DNA from: Amphiscolops sp. MND2022
Lineage: Eukaryota
Assembly (NCBI GenBank): GCA_964187785.1
Contig: OZ076409.1
Span: 87,856,001-87,920,000, forward strand
Reading direction: 5' to 3'
DNA: 64,000 nucleotides
Under the pieces are notes generated by a model, which was not told where the DNA came from, did not search any database, and was given only the letters and a program-made list of their open reading frames with translations. Positions 50,526 to 64,000 of this stretch are shown here, piece after piece. How positions within the stretch are numbered: the first letter of the stretch is position 1; each line of letters begins with the position of its first letter. A program made the position numbers and the translations under genes.

Positions 50526-53500
50526 GAAACGACAGAACTTGTCACCTTTGGAATTACACTAAAGTGAGTCATTTTGAGTTAAAGAAAAATAAACAACCAA
50601 AATGCTGGACATAATCAACAATTTTTCAAACCGACAGAACTTATCCCCTAAGGAAGTATACTGAAGTAAGCCATTTTGAGAGTTAAAGACATTTGAAAAG
50701 GTAAAATGCTAGAAATTATCAACATTTTTTGAAACCGAGAGAATTTATCCCCTATGGAAGTACGCTAAAGTAAGCCACTTTGAGAGTTGAAGACAATTGA
50801 AAAGTTAAAATGCTGGAAATATTCAACAATTTTCAGAAACGACAGAACTTATCACCTATGGAAGTACACTAAAGTGAGTCATTTTGAGAGTTAAAGAAAA
50901 ATAAAAAACCAAAATGCTGGACATAATCAACAATTTTTCAAACCGACAGAACTTATCCCCTATGGAAGTATACTTTAGTAGGCCATTTTGAGATATAAAG
51001 ACATTTGAAAAGCTAAAATGCAGGAAATAATCAACAATTTTCAAACCGAGAGAACTTATCTCCTATAGAAGTACACTAAAGTAAGCCATTTTGAGAGTTA
51101 AAGACAAATAAAAACCCAAAATGCTTGACATAATCAACAATTTTTCAAACCGAGAGAACTTATCCCCTATGGAAGTACACTAAAGTAAGCCATTTTGAGT
51201 TAAGACAAATAAAAACCTAAAATGCTTGACATAATCAACAATTTTTCAAACCGACAGAACTTATCCCCTATGGAAGTATAAAGAAGTAAGCCATTTTGAG
51301 AGTTAAAGACTTTTGAAAAGTTGAAATGCTAGAAATAAGCAACAATTTTTCAAACCGAGAGAATTTATCCCCTATGGAATAACACTAAAGTAAGCCATTT
51401 TGAGAGTTAGAGACATTTGAAAAGGTAAAATGCTGGAAATAATCAACAATTTTTCAAACCGAGAGGACTTATCACCTATGGAATTACAATAAAGTGAGTC
51501 ATTTTGAGTTAGGACAAATAAAAACCTAAAATGCTTGACATGATCAACAATTTTTCAAACCGACAGAATTTATTCCATATAGAAGTACACTAAAGTAAGC
51601 CATTCTGAGTTAAAGACAAATAAAAAACTGAAATGCTGGACCTAATCAACAATTTTTCAAACCGACAGAACTTATCCCCTATGGAAGCTTACTGAAGTAA
51701 GCCATTTTGAGAGTTAAAGACTTTTGAAAAGTTAAAATGCTAGAAATAATCAACAATTTTTCAAACCGAGAGGATTTATCCCCTATGGAAGTACGCTAAA
51801 GTGAGCCATTTTGAGAGTTAAAACCAAAAAACTAAAATGCTGGACCTAATCAACAATTTTTGAAACCGACAGAACTTATCCTCTATGGAAGTATACTGAA
51901 GTAAGCCATTTTGAGAGTTAAAGACAATTGAAAAATTAAATTGCTTGACATAATCAACAATTTTTCAAACCGACAGAACTTGTCCGCCATGGAAGTACAC
52001 TAAAATAAGCCATTTTGAGAGTTAAAGACATTTGAAAAGTTAAAATGCTGGAAATAATCAACAATTTTTCAAACCGAGAGGACTTATTCCCTATGGAAGT
52101 ATACTGAAGTAAACCATTTTGAGAGTAAAAGACATTTGAAAAGCTAAATTGCTGGACATAATCAACAATTTTTCAAACCGACAGAACTCATCCCCTATGG
52201 AAGTACACTAAAATGAGCCGTTTTGAGAGTTAAAGACATTTGAAAAGTTAAAATGCTGGAAATAATCAACAATTTTTCAAACCGAGAGAACTTATCCCCT
52301 ATGGAAGTACACTAAAGTAAGCCATTTTGAGTTAAAACAAACAAAAACCTAAAATACTTGACATAATCAACAAATTTTCAAACCGACAGAACTTATCCCC
52401 TATGGAAGTATACTGAAGTAAGCCATTTTGAGAGTTAAAGACTTTTGAAAAGTTGAAATGCTAGAAATAACCAACAATTTTTCAAACCGAGAGAATTTAT
52501 CCCCTATGGAATAACACTAAAGTAAGCCATTTTGAGAGTTAAAGACATTTGAAAAGGTAAAATGCTGGAAACAATCAACAATTTTTCAAACCGAGAGGAC
52601 TTATCACCTATGGAATTACAAGTAAGTGAGTCATTTTGAGTTAGGACAAATAAAAACCTAAAATGCTTGACATAATCAACAATTTTCCAAACCGACAGAA
52701 TTTATTCCATATAGAAGTACACTAAAGTAAGCCATTTTGAGTTAAAGACAAATAAAAAACTAAAATGCTGGACCTAATCAACAATTTTTCAAACCGACAG
52801 AACTTATTCCCTATGGAAGTTTACTGAAGTAAGCCATTTTGAGAGTTAAAGACTTTTGAAAAGTTAAAATGCTAGAAATAATCAACAATTTTTCAAACCG
52901 AGAGAATTTATCCCCTATGGAAGTACGCTAAAGTGAGCCATTTTGAGAGTTAAAGACAATTGAAAAGTTAAAATGCTGGAAATATTCAACAATTTTTAGA
53001 AACGACAGAACTTATCACCTATAGAATTACACTAAAGTGAGTCATTTTGAGAGTTGAAGAAAAATAAAACCAAAATGCTGGAAATAATCACCAATTTTTC
53101 AAACCGACAGAACTTATCCCCTATGGAAGTACACAAAAGTAAGCCATTTTAAGAGTTAAAGACAATTGAAAAGTTAAAATGATGGAAATATTCAACAATT
53201 TTTTGAAACGACAGAACTTATCACCTATGGAAGTACACTAAAGTGAGTCATTTTGAGTTAAAGAAAAATAAAAAAACCAAAATGCTGGACATCATCAACA
53301 ATTTTTCAAACCGACAGAACTTATCCCCTATGGACGTATACTGAAGTAAGCCATTTTGAGAGTTAACGACATTTGAAAAGCTAAAATGCTGGAAAAATTC
53401 AACAATTTTTAGAAACGACAGAACTTATCACCTTTGAAATTACACTTAAGTGAGTCATTTTGAGTTAAAGAAAAAAATAAAACCAAAATGCTGGACATAA

Positions 53501-56408
53501 TCAAAATTTTTTCAAACCGACAGAATTTATCCCCTATGGAAGTACACTAAAGTAAGCCATTTTGAGAGTTAAAAACTTTTGAAAAATTAAAATGCTGGAA
53601 AAATTCAACAATTTTTCAAACCGAGAGGACTTATCACCTATGGAATTACACTAAAGTGAGTCATTTTGAGTTAAGACAAATAAAAACCTAAAATGCTGGA
53701 CCTAATCAACAATTTTTCATACCGACAGAACTTATCCCCTATGGAAGTACACTAAAGTGAGCCATTCTAAGAGTTAAAGACAATTGAAAAGTTAAAATGC
53801 TGGAAATATTCAACAATTTTTAGAAACAACAGAACTTATCACCTATGGAAGTACACTAAAGTGAGTCACGGTCATTTTGAGAGTTAAAGAAAAATAAAAA
53901 ACCAAAATGCTGGACATAATCAACAATTTTTCAAACCGACAGAACTTATCCCTTATGGAAGTATACTGTAGTAAGCCATTTTGAGATATAAAGACAATTG
54001 AAAAGCTAAAATGCAGGAAATAATCAACAATTTTTCAAACCGACAGAATTTATTCCATACAGAAGTACACTAAAGTAAGCCATTTTAGTTGAAGACAAAT
54101 AAAAAACTAAAATGCTGGACCTAATGAACAATTTCTCAAACCGACAGAACTTATCCCCTACTGAAGTAAGCCATTTTGAGAGTTAAAGACTTTTGAAAAG
54201 TAAAAATGCAAGAAATAATCAACAATTTTCAAACCGAGAGAATTTATCCCCTACGGAAGTACGCTAAAGTAAGCCATTTTGAGAGTTAAAGACAATTAAA
54301 AAGTTAAAATGATCGAAATATTCAGCAATTTTCAGAAACGACAGAACTTATCACCTATGGAATTACACTGAAGTGAGTCATTTTGAGAGTTGAAGAAAAA
54401 TAAAAAAACCAAAATGCTAGAAATATTCAACAATTTTTCAAACCGAGTGAATTTATCCCCTATGGAAGTACGCTAAAGTAAGCCATTTTGAGAGTTAAAG
54501 ACAATTGAAAAGTTAAAATGCTGAAAATAATCAACAAATTTTCAAACCGAGAGGACTTATCACCTACGGAAATACACTAAAGTGAGTCATTTTGAGTTAA
54601 GACAAATAAAAACCTAAAATGCTGGACCTAATCAACAATTTTTCAAACCGACAGAACTTATCCCCTATGGAAGTTTACTGAAGTAAACCATTTTGAGAGT
54701 TAAAGACTTTTGAAAAGTTAAAATGCTAGAAATAATCAACAATTTTTCAAACCGAAGAATTTATCCCCTAAGGAAGTACGCTAAAGTAAGCCATTTTGAG
54801 AGTTAAAGACAATTGAAAAGTTAAAATGCTGAAAATAATAAACAAATTTTCAAACCGAGAGGACTTATCACCTACGGAAATACACTAAAGTGAGTCATTT
54901 TGAGTTAAGACAAATAAAAACCTAAAATGCTGGACCTAATCAACAATTTTTCAAACCGACAGAACTTATCCCCTATGGAAGTTTACTGAAGTAAACCATT
55001 TTGAGAGTTAAAGACTTTTGAAAAGTTAAAATGCTAGAAATAATCAACAATTTTTCAAACCGAAGAATTTATCCCCTAAGGAAGTACGCTAAAGTAAGCC
55101 ATTTTGAGAGTTAAAGACAATTGAAAAGTTAAAATGCTGGAAATATTCAACAATTTTTAGAACCGACAGAACTTATCACCTGTGGAAGTACACTAAAGTG
55201 AGTCATTTTGAGAGTTGAAGAAAAATAAAAAAAAAACAAAATGCTGGACATAATCACCAATTTTTCAAATCAACAGAACTTATCCCCTATGGAAGTACAC
55301 TAAAGTGAGCCATTCTAAGTGTTAAAGACAATTGACTAGTTAAAATGATGGAAACATTCAACAATTTTTAGAAACGACTGAACTTATCACCTATGGAAGT
55401 ACACTAAAGTGAGTCATTTTGAGTTTTAAAAAAATAAAAAACCAAAATGCTGGACATAATTAACAAATTTTCAAACCGACAGAACTTATCCTCTATGGAA
55501 GTATACTGAAGTAAGCCATTTTGAGAGTTAAAGACATTTGAAAAGCTAAAATGCTGGAAATATTCAACAATTTTTAGAAACGACAGAACTTATCTCCTAT
55601 GGAAGTACACTAAAGTGAGCCATTCTAAGAGTTAAAGACAATTGAAAATTTAAAATGATGGAAACATTCAACAATTTTTAGAAACGACAGAACTTATCAC
55701 CTATGGAATTACACTAAAGTGAGTCATTTTGAGTTAAAGAAAAATAAAAAACCAAAATGCTGGACATAATCAACAATTTTTCAAACCGACAGAACTTATC
55801 ACCTATGGAAGTACACTAAAGTAAGCCATTTTGAGAGTTAAAGACTTTTGAAAAGTTAAAATGCTAAAAATAATCAACAATTTTTCAAACCGAGAGAATT
55901 TATCACCTATGGAAGTACGCTAAAGTAAGCCATTTCGAGAGTTAAAGACAATTGAAGATTAAAATGCTGGAAATATTCAACAATTTTTAGAAACGACAGA
56001 ACTTATCATCTATGGAAGTACACTAAAGTGAGTCATTTTGAGAGTTAGAGAAAAATAAAAAACCAAAATGCTGGACATAATCAACAATTTTTCAAACCGA
56101 CAGAACTTATCCCCTATGGAAGTATACTGAAGTAAGCCATTTTGAGAGTTAAAGACATTTGAAAAGCTAAAATGCAGGAAATAATCAACAATTTTTCAAA
56201 CCGAGAGAACTTATCTCCTAGAGAAGTACACGAAAGTAAGCCATTTTGAGAGTTAAAGACAAATAAAAACCTAAAATGCTTGACATAATCTACAATTTTT
56301 CAAACCGAGAGAACTTATCCCCTATGGAAGTACACTAAAGTAAGCCATTTTGAGAGTTAAAGAATTGAAAAGTTAAAAAGCTGGAAATATTCAACAATTT
56401 TTAGAAAC

Positions 56409-57344
56409 TGTTGGCGCCAGTCAATTGCGAGATCCGAAACTCAAATTCGAACGTGACTGGTGAAACTTACAACTCAAAACACTTAGAAACTTTGTCAAGA
56501 TTTTAGTTGGAAAATTTACAAGTTTCACCAGAAATATGGCGTCACCAAAAAACACCAAAAAACCCCCCCCACGTCCCGGTAAACCACTCATTCAATCACC
56601 TTGAAACTTGGCACACGTATAGTAGTGGTGCTACGCTAACTTTTCATTCGGAACACCGAACCCCGTATCTTCTCTGGGTTCCGAGCAATTAACACCCAAA
56701 GTGACCTAAGTCAGGCCCTATGAATTACCCAATTTTGATGTATTAATTATTATGTGATTTTCTCATATGACCTTGAAGGAAATGTAACTCTAATGAAATT
56801 AATGACATTTACATTATGTAAACATACTCTCTAACCCACCTGACCAACATGCCAAAACCACCACATTCTTTGTTTACATAGCCAATAACTTTAAATGTGA
56901 TTTATTTATACAACATATTTCAACTGATACTTGCTTATATCTACTGTAGAATTGTAAACCATATGTATACCACTATTAGATAGAGATTTTCTCCACTGAA
57001 TAGCTATAGTCAAGTTGGGTCTCAGGACCGCGAGACTAATTATTCAACTTCTCAATCTTCACAACTTTTCGCTAGAGTCAGAGCGACTAAGTAGCTACTC
57101 TCATAGTAGGAGAGCCGGAGCGCGTGAAGATACAGTGAGTGAAGTGTGTGCAGGATCCAAACCAGTGCAAAGCGGAATCGCAGGAGATTCCACTGGTCAC
57201 ATCGGACCCACCAGTCAAAGATACAGTCCTTTAAAACAAGAAACCAGGAATTGTTTAGTGACGGTCCACAGCACTAAGCAACGGATCAGGGCGGCGTAAA
57301 GCTTGTCAAGCCTCAGCGCAGGATAAGGGCAAGCAGCCGTTACA
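56409..57344. mobile_element. Solo LTR (936 bp) in the satellite, copy 2
   Basis: Near-identical to copy 1, with the same TSD gaaac (56404-56408, 57345-57349) and the same flanking monomer variants. Confidence 0.9.
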
Positions 57345-60300
57345 GAAACGACAGAACTTGTCACCTTTGGAATTACACTAAAGTGAGTCATTTTGAGTTA
57401 AAGAAAAATAAACAACCAAAATGCTGGACATAATCAACAATTTTTCAAACCGACAGAACTTATCCCCTAAGGAAGTATACTGAAGTAAGCCATTTTGAGA
57501 GTTAAAGACATTTGAAAAGGTAAAATGCTGGAAATATTCAACAATTTTTAGAAACGACAGAACTTATCACCTTTGCAATTACACTAAAGTGAGTCATTTT
57601 GAGAGTTAAAGAAAAATAAAAAAACCAAAATGCTGGACATAATCAACAATTTTTCAAACCGACAGAACTTATCCCCTATGGAAGTACACTAAAGTAAGCC
57701 ATTTTGAGAGTTAAAGACTTTTGAAAACTTAAAATGCTAGAAATTATCAACAATTTTTGAAACCGAGAGAATTTATCCCCTATGGAAGTACGCTAAAGTA
57801 AGCCACTTTGAGAGTTGAAGACAATTGAAAAGTTAAAATGCTGGAAATATTCAACAATTTTCAGAAACGACAGAACTTATCACCTATGGAAGTACACTAA
57901 AGTGAGTCATTTTGAGAGTTAAAGAAAAATAAAAAACCAAAATGCTGGACATAATCAACAATTTTTCAAACCGACAGAACTTATCCCCTATGGAAGTATA
58001 CTTTAGTAGGCCATTTTGAGATATAAAGACATTTGAAAAGCTAAAATGCAGGAAATAATCAACAATTTTCAAACCGAGAGAACTTATCTCCTATAGAAGT
58101 ACACTAAAGTAAGCCATTTTGAGAGTTAAAGACAAATAAAAACCCAAAATGCTTGACATAATCAACAATTTTTCAAACCGAGAGAACTTATCCCCTATGG
58201 AAGTACACTAAAGTAAGCCATTTTGAGAGTTAAAGACAATTGAAAAGTTAAAATGCTGGAAAAATTCAACAATTTTTAGAAACGACAGAACTTATCACCT
58301 TTGGAATTACACTAAAGTGAGTGATTTTGAGAGTTAAAGAAAAATAAAAAACCAAAATGCTGAACATAATCAACAATTTTTCAAACCGACAGAAATTATC
58401 CCCTATTGAAGTATACTGAAGTAAGCCATTTTGAGAGTTAAAGACATTTGAAAAGCTAAAATGCTGGAAAAATTCAACAATTTTTAGAAACGACAGAACT
58501 TATCACCTTTGGAATTACACTAAAGTGAGTGATTTTGAGAGTTAAAGAAAAATAAAAAACCAAAATGCTGAACATAATCAACAATTTTTCAAACCGACAG
58601 AACTTATCCCCTATGGAAGTACACTAAAGTAAGCCACTTTGAGAGTTAAAGTCTTTTGAAAACTTAAAATGCTAGAATTAATCAACAACTTTTCAAACCG
58701 AGAGAATTTATCCATTATGGAAGTACGCTAAAGTAAGCCATTTTGAGAGTTAAAGACAATTGAAAAGGTAAATTGCTGGAAATATTCAACAATTTTAAGA
58801 AACGACAGAACTTATCACCTATGGACGTACACTAAAGTGAGTCATTTTGAGAGTTAAAGAAAAATAAAAAACCAAAATGCTGGACACAATCAACAATTTT
58901 TCAAACCGACAGAACTTATCCCCTATGGAAGTATACTGAAGTAAGCCATTTTGAGAGTTAAAGACATTTGAAAAGCTAAAATGCAGGAAAAATTCAACAA
59001 TTTTTCAAACCGAGAGAACTTATCTCCTATAGAAGTACACTAAAGTAAGCCATTTTGAGAGTTAAAGACAATTGAAAAGTTAAAATGCTGGAAATATTCA
59101 ACAATTTTCAGAAACGACAGAACTTATCACCTATGGAAGTTCACTAAAGTGAGTCATTTTGAGACTTAAGAAAAACCAAAATGCTGGACATAATCAACAA
59201 TTTTTCAAACCGACAGAACTTATCCCCTATGGAAGTATACTGAAGTAAGCCATTTTGAGAGTTAAAGACTTAAATGCTGGACCTAATCAACAATTTTTCA
59301 AACCGACAGAACTTATCCCCTAAGGAAGTATACTGAAGTAAGCCATTTTGAGAGTTAAAGACATTTGAAAAGGTAAAATGCTGGAAATATTCAACAATTT
59401 TTAGAAACGACAGAACTTATCACCTTTGCAATTACACTAAAGTGAGTCATTTTGAGAGTTAAAGAAAAATAAAAAAACCAAAATGCTGGACATAATCAAC
59501 AATTTTTCAAACCGACAGAACTTATCCCCTATGGAAGTACACTAAAGTAAGCCATTTTGAGAGTTAAAGACTTTTGAAAACTTAAAATGCTAGAAATTAT
59601 CAACAATTTTTGAAACCGAGAGAATTTATCCCCTATGGAAGTACGCTAAAGTAAGCCACTTTGAGAGTTGAAGACAATTGAAAAGTTAAAATGCTGGAAA
59701 TATTCAACAATTTTCAGAAACGACAGAACTTATCACCTATGGAAGTACACTAAAGTGAGTCATTTTGAGAGTTAAAGAAAAATAAAAAACCAAAATGCTG
59801 GACATAATCAACAATTTTTCAAACCGACAGAACTTATCCCCTATGGAAGTATACTTTAGTAGGCCATTTTGAGATATAAAGACATTTGAAAAGTTAAAAT
59901 GCTGCAAATAATCAACAATTTTTCAAACCGAGAGAACTTATCACCTATGGAAGTACACTGAAGTAAGCCATTTTGAGAGTTAAAGACAAATAAAAACCCA
60001 AAATGCTTGACATAATCAACAATTTTTCAAACCGAGAGAAATTATCCCCTATGGAAGTACACTAAAGTAAGCCATTATGAGAGTTAAAGACAATTGAAAA
60101 GTTAAAATGCTGGGAAAATTCAACAGTTTTTAGAAACGACAGAACTTACAACCTTTGGAATTACACTAAAGTGAGTCATTTTGAGTTAAAGAAAAATAAA
60201 AAACCAAAATGCTAGACATAATCAACAGTTTTTCAAACCGACAGAACTTATCCCCTATTGAAGTATACTGAAGTAAGCCATTTTGAGAGTTAAAGACATT

Positions 60301-63300
60301 TGAAAAGCTAAAATGCTGGAAATATTCAACAATTTTTAGAAACGACAGAACTTATCACCTTTGGAATTACACTAAAGTGAGTCATTTTGAGAGTTAAAGA
60401 AAAATAAAAAACCAAAATGCTGGACATAATCAACAATTTTTCAAACCGACAGAACTTATCCCCTATGGAAGTACACTAAAGTCAGCCATTTTGAGAGTTA
60501 AAGACTTTTGAAAACTTAAAATGCTAGAAAAATTCAACAATTTTTAGAAACGACAGAGCTTATCACCTTTGGAATTACACTAAAGTGAGTCATTTTGAGA
60601 TAAAGAAAAATAAAAAACCAAAATGCTAGACATATTCAACAGTTTTTCAAACCGACAGAACTTATCCCCTATTGAAGTATACTGAAGTAAGCCATTTTGA
60701 GAGTTAAAGACATTTGAAAAGCTAAAATGCTGGAAAAATTCAACAATTTTTAGAAACGACAGAACTTATCACCTTTGGAATTACACTAAAGTGAGTCATT
60801 TTGAGAGTTAAAGAAAAATAAAAAACCAAAATGCTGGACAAAATCAACAATTTTTCAAACCGACAGAACTTATCCCCTATGGAAGTACACTAAAGTAAGC
60901 CATTTTGAGAGTTAAAGACTTTTGAAAACTTAAAATGCTAGAAAAATTCAACAATTTTTAGAAACGACAGAACTTATCACCTTTGGAATTACACTAAAGT
61001 GAGTCATTTTGAGAGTTAAAGAAAAATAAAAAACCAAAATGCTGGACATAATCAACAATTTTTCAAACCGACAGAACTTATCCCCTATGGAAGTACACTA
61101 AAGTAAGCCATTTTGAGAGTTAAAGACTTTTGAAAACTTTAAATGCTAGAAAAATTCAACAATTTTTAGAAACGACAGAACTTATCACCTTTGGAATTAC
61201 ACTAAAGTGAGTCATTTTGAGTTAAAGAAAAATAAAAAACCAAAATGCTAGACATAATCAACAGTTTTTCAAACCGACAGAACTTATCCCCTATTGAAGT
61301 ATACTGAAGTAAGCCATTTTGAGAGTTAAAGACATTTGAAAAGCTAAAATGCTGGAAATATTCAACAATTTTTAGGAACGACAGAACTTATCACCTTTGG
61401 AATTACACTAAAGTGAGTCATTTTGAGAGTTAGAGAAAAATAAAAAACCAAAATGCTGGACATAATCAACATTTTTAAAAACCGACAGAACTTATCCCCT
61501 ATGGAAGTACACTAAAGTAAGCCATTTTGAGAGTTAAAGACTTTTGAAAACTTAAAATGCTAGAAATAAGCAACAATTTTTCAAACCGACAGAACTTATC
61601 CCCTATGGAAGTATACTGAAGTAAGCCATTTTGAGAGTTAAAGACATTTGAAAAGCTAAAATGCAGGAAATAATCAACAATTTTTCAAACCGACAGATTT
61701 TATTCCATATAGAAGTACACTAAAGTAAGCCATTTTGAGAGTTAAAGACAAATAAAAAAAACTAAAATGCTGGACCTAATCAACAATTTTTCAAACCGAC
61801 AGAACTTATCCTCTATGGAAGTACACTGAAGTAAGCCATTTTGAGAGTTAAAGACATTTGAAAAGTTAAAATGCTGCAAATAATCAACAATTTTTCAAAA
61901 CGAGAGAACTTATCCCCTATGGAAGTACACTGAAGTAAGCCATTTTGAGAGTTAAAGACAAATAAAAACCAAAAATGTTTGACAAAATCAACAATTTTTC
62001 AAACCGAGAGAACTTATCTCCTATTGAAGTAGACTGAATTAAGCCATTTTGAGAGTTAAAGACATTTGAAAAGCTAAAATGCTGGAAATATTCAACAATT
62101 TTTAGAAACGAAAGAACTTATCACCTTTGGAATTACACTAAAGTGAGTCATTTTGAGAGTTAAAGAAAAATAAAAAACCAAAATGCTGGACATAATCAAC
62201 AATTTTTCAAACCGACATAACTTATCCCCTATGGAAGTACGCTAAAAAAGTAAGCCATTTTGAGAGTTAAAGACTTTTGAAAACTTAAAATGCTAGAAAT
62301 AATCAACAATTTTTCAAACCGAGAGAATTTATCCCCTATAGAAGTACGCTAAAGTAAGCCATTTTGAGAGGTAAAGATAATTGAAAAGTTAAAATGCTGG
62401 AAATATTCAACAATTTTTAGAAACGACAGAACTTATCTCCTATGGACGTACACTAAAGTGAGTCTTTTTGAGAGATAAAGAAAAACAAAAAACCAAAATG
62501 CTGGACATAATCAACAATTTTTCAATCCGACAGAACTTATCCCCTATGGAAGTATACTGAAGTAAGCCATTTTGAGAGTTAAAGACATTTGAAAAGCTAA
62601 AATGCAGGAAATAATCAACAATTTTTCAAACCGAGAGAACTTATCTCCTATAGAAGTACACTAAAGTAAGCCATTTTGAGAGTTGAAGACAATTGAAAAG
62701 TTAAAATGCTGGAAATATTCAACAATTTTTAGAAACGACAGAACTTATCACCTTTGGAATTACACTAAAGTGAGTCATTTTGAGAGTTAAAGAAAAATAA
62801 AAAACCAAAATGCTGGACATAATCAACAATTTTTCAAACCGACATAACTTATCCCCTATGGAAGTACGCTAAAAAAGTAAGCCATTTTGAGAGTTAAAGA
62901 CTTTTGAAAACTTAAAATGCTAGAAATAATCAACAATTTTCAAACCGAGAGAATTTATCCCCTATGGAAGTACGCTAAAGTAAGCCATTTTGAGAGTTAA
63001 AGATAATTGAAAAGTTAAAATGCTGGAAATATTCAACAATTTTTAGAAACGACAGAACTTATCACCTATGGACGTACACTAAAGTGAGTCATTTTGAGAG
63101 TTAAAGAAAAACAAAAAACCAAAATGCTGGACATAATCAACAATTTTTCAAACCGACAGAACTTATCCCCTATGGAAGTATACTGAAGTAAGCCATTTTG
63201 AGAGTTAAAGACATTTGAAAAGCTAAAATGCAGGAAATAATCAACAATTTTTCAAACCGAGAGAACTTATCTCCTATAGAAGTACACTAAAGTAAGCCAT

Positions 63301-64000
63301 TTTGAGAGTTGAAGACAATTGAAAAGTTAAAATGCTGGAAATATTCAACAATTTTCAGAAACGACAGAACTTATCACCTATGGAAGTTCACTAAAGTGAG
63401 TCATTTTGAGACTTAAAGAAAAAAAACCAAAATGCTGGACATAATCAACAATTTTTCAATCCGACAGAACTTATCCCCTATGGAAGTATACTGAAGTAAG
63501 CCATTTTGAGAGTTAAAGACAATTGAAAAGCTAAAATGCAGGAAATAATCAACAATTTTTCAAACCGACAGAACTTATTCCATATAGAAGTACACTAAAG
63601 TAAGCCATTTTGAGAGTTAAAGACAAATAAAAAAAACTAAAATGCTGGACCTAATCAACAATTTTTCAAACCGACAGAACTTATCCTCTATGGAAGTACA
63701 CTGAAGTAAGCCATTTTGAGAGTTAAAGACATTTGAAAAGTTAAAATGCTACAAATAATCAACAATTTTTCAAACCGAGAGAACTGATCCCCGATGGAAG
63801 TACACTGAAGTAAGCCATTTTGAGTTAAAGACAAAAACCTAAAATGCTTGACATAATCAACAATTTTCCAAACCGGCAGAACCTCCCCTATGGAAGAATA
63901 CTGAAGTAAGCCATTCTGAGAGTTGAAGACATTTGAAAAGTTAAAATGCTGCAAATAGTCAACAATTTTTCAAACAGAGAGAACTTATCACCTATGGAAG

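Larger units (their letters stand above)
39880..64000 (+). repeat. ~104-bp satellite array, roughly 215 monomers in the window, with higher-order structure
   Basis: Consensus aatcaacaatttttcaaaccgacagaacttatcccctatggaagtacactaaagtaagccattttgagagttaaagacatttgaaaagttaaaatgctggaaat; period 104 (40611 to 40715) with 101-104 bp variants; degenerate left edge; continues off the window. Confidence 0.98.

Noticed and set aside
50856..51044. Short ORFs in the satellite (also 57884-58072 and 63688-63954)
   Set aside because: Chance open frames in the repeat's minus strand.
49598..57344. Full-length LTR retrotransposon bounded by the two LTRs
   Set aside because: The interior is pure satellite, each LTR has its own complete TSD pair, and no PBS or PPT is present.
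39880..64000. CRISPR-like array
   Set aside because: Whole monomers repeat head to tail with no unique spacers, there are no cas genes, and the context is eukaryotic.

Overview
AT-rich eukaryotic (animal) genomic DNA, almost entirely repeats. The repeat families look to me like acoel flatworm sequence, but that is an unverified impression. Bases 1-39.8 kb are nested, decayed transposons: one BEL/Pao remnant, three Ty3/Gypsy elements, a probable solo LTR, hAT, piggyBac-type and CCC..GGG/TA non-autonomous DNA elements, a DD37E Tc1-superfamily relic, and Helentron/DINE-like ends, one carrying a tRNA-derived head. The one apparently intact host gene is a two-exon rhodopsin-class peptide-type GPCR (25546-27604). 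Its single intron is best explained as GC-AG, and the intron's 3' end resembles the upstream exon end. From about 39.9 kb to the window end is a ~104-bp satellite with layered higher-order repeats; a solo LTR inserted into it once and was then copied in a ~6.3-6.8 kb tandem duplication. Most notable oddities: a Gypsy element flanked by a ~124-bp duplication instead of a short TSD, WLDD reverse-transcriptase motifs, gag-like coding sequence at or inside LTR ends, a fold-back template-switch scar, and a long hairpin next to the satellite. No prokaryotic genes or CRISPR arrays are present. All alignments were done by eye.
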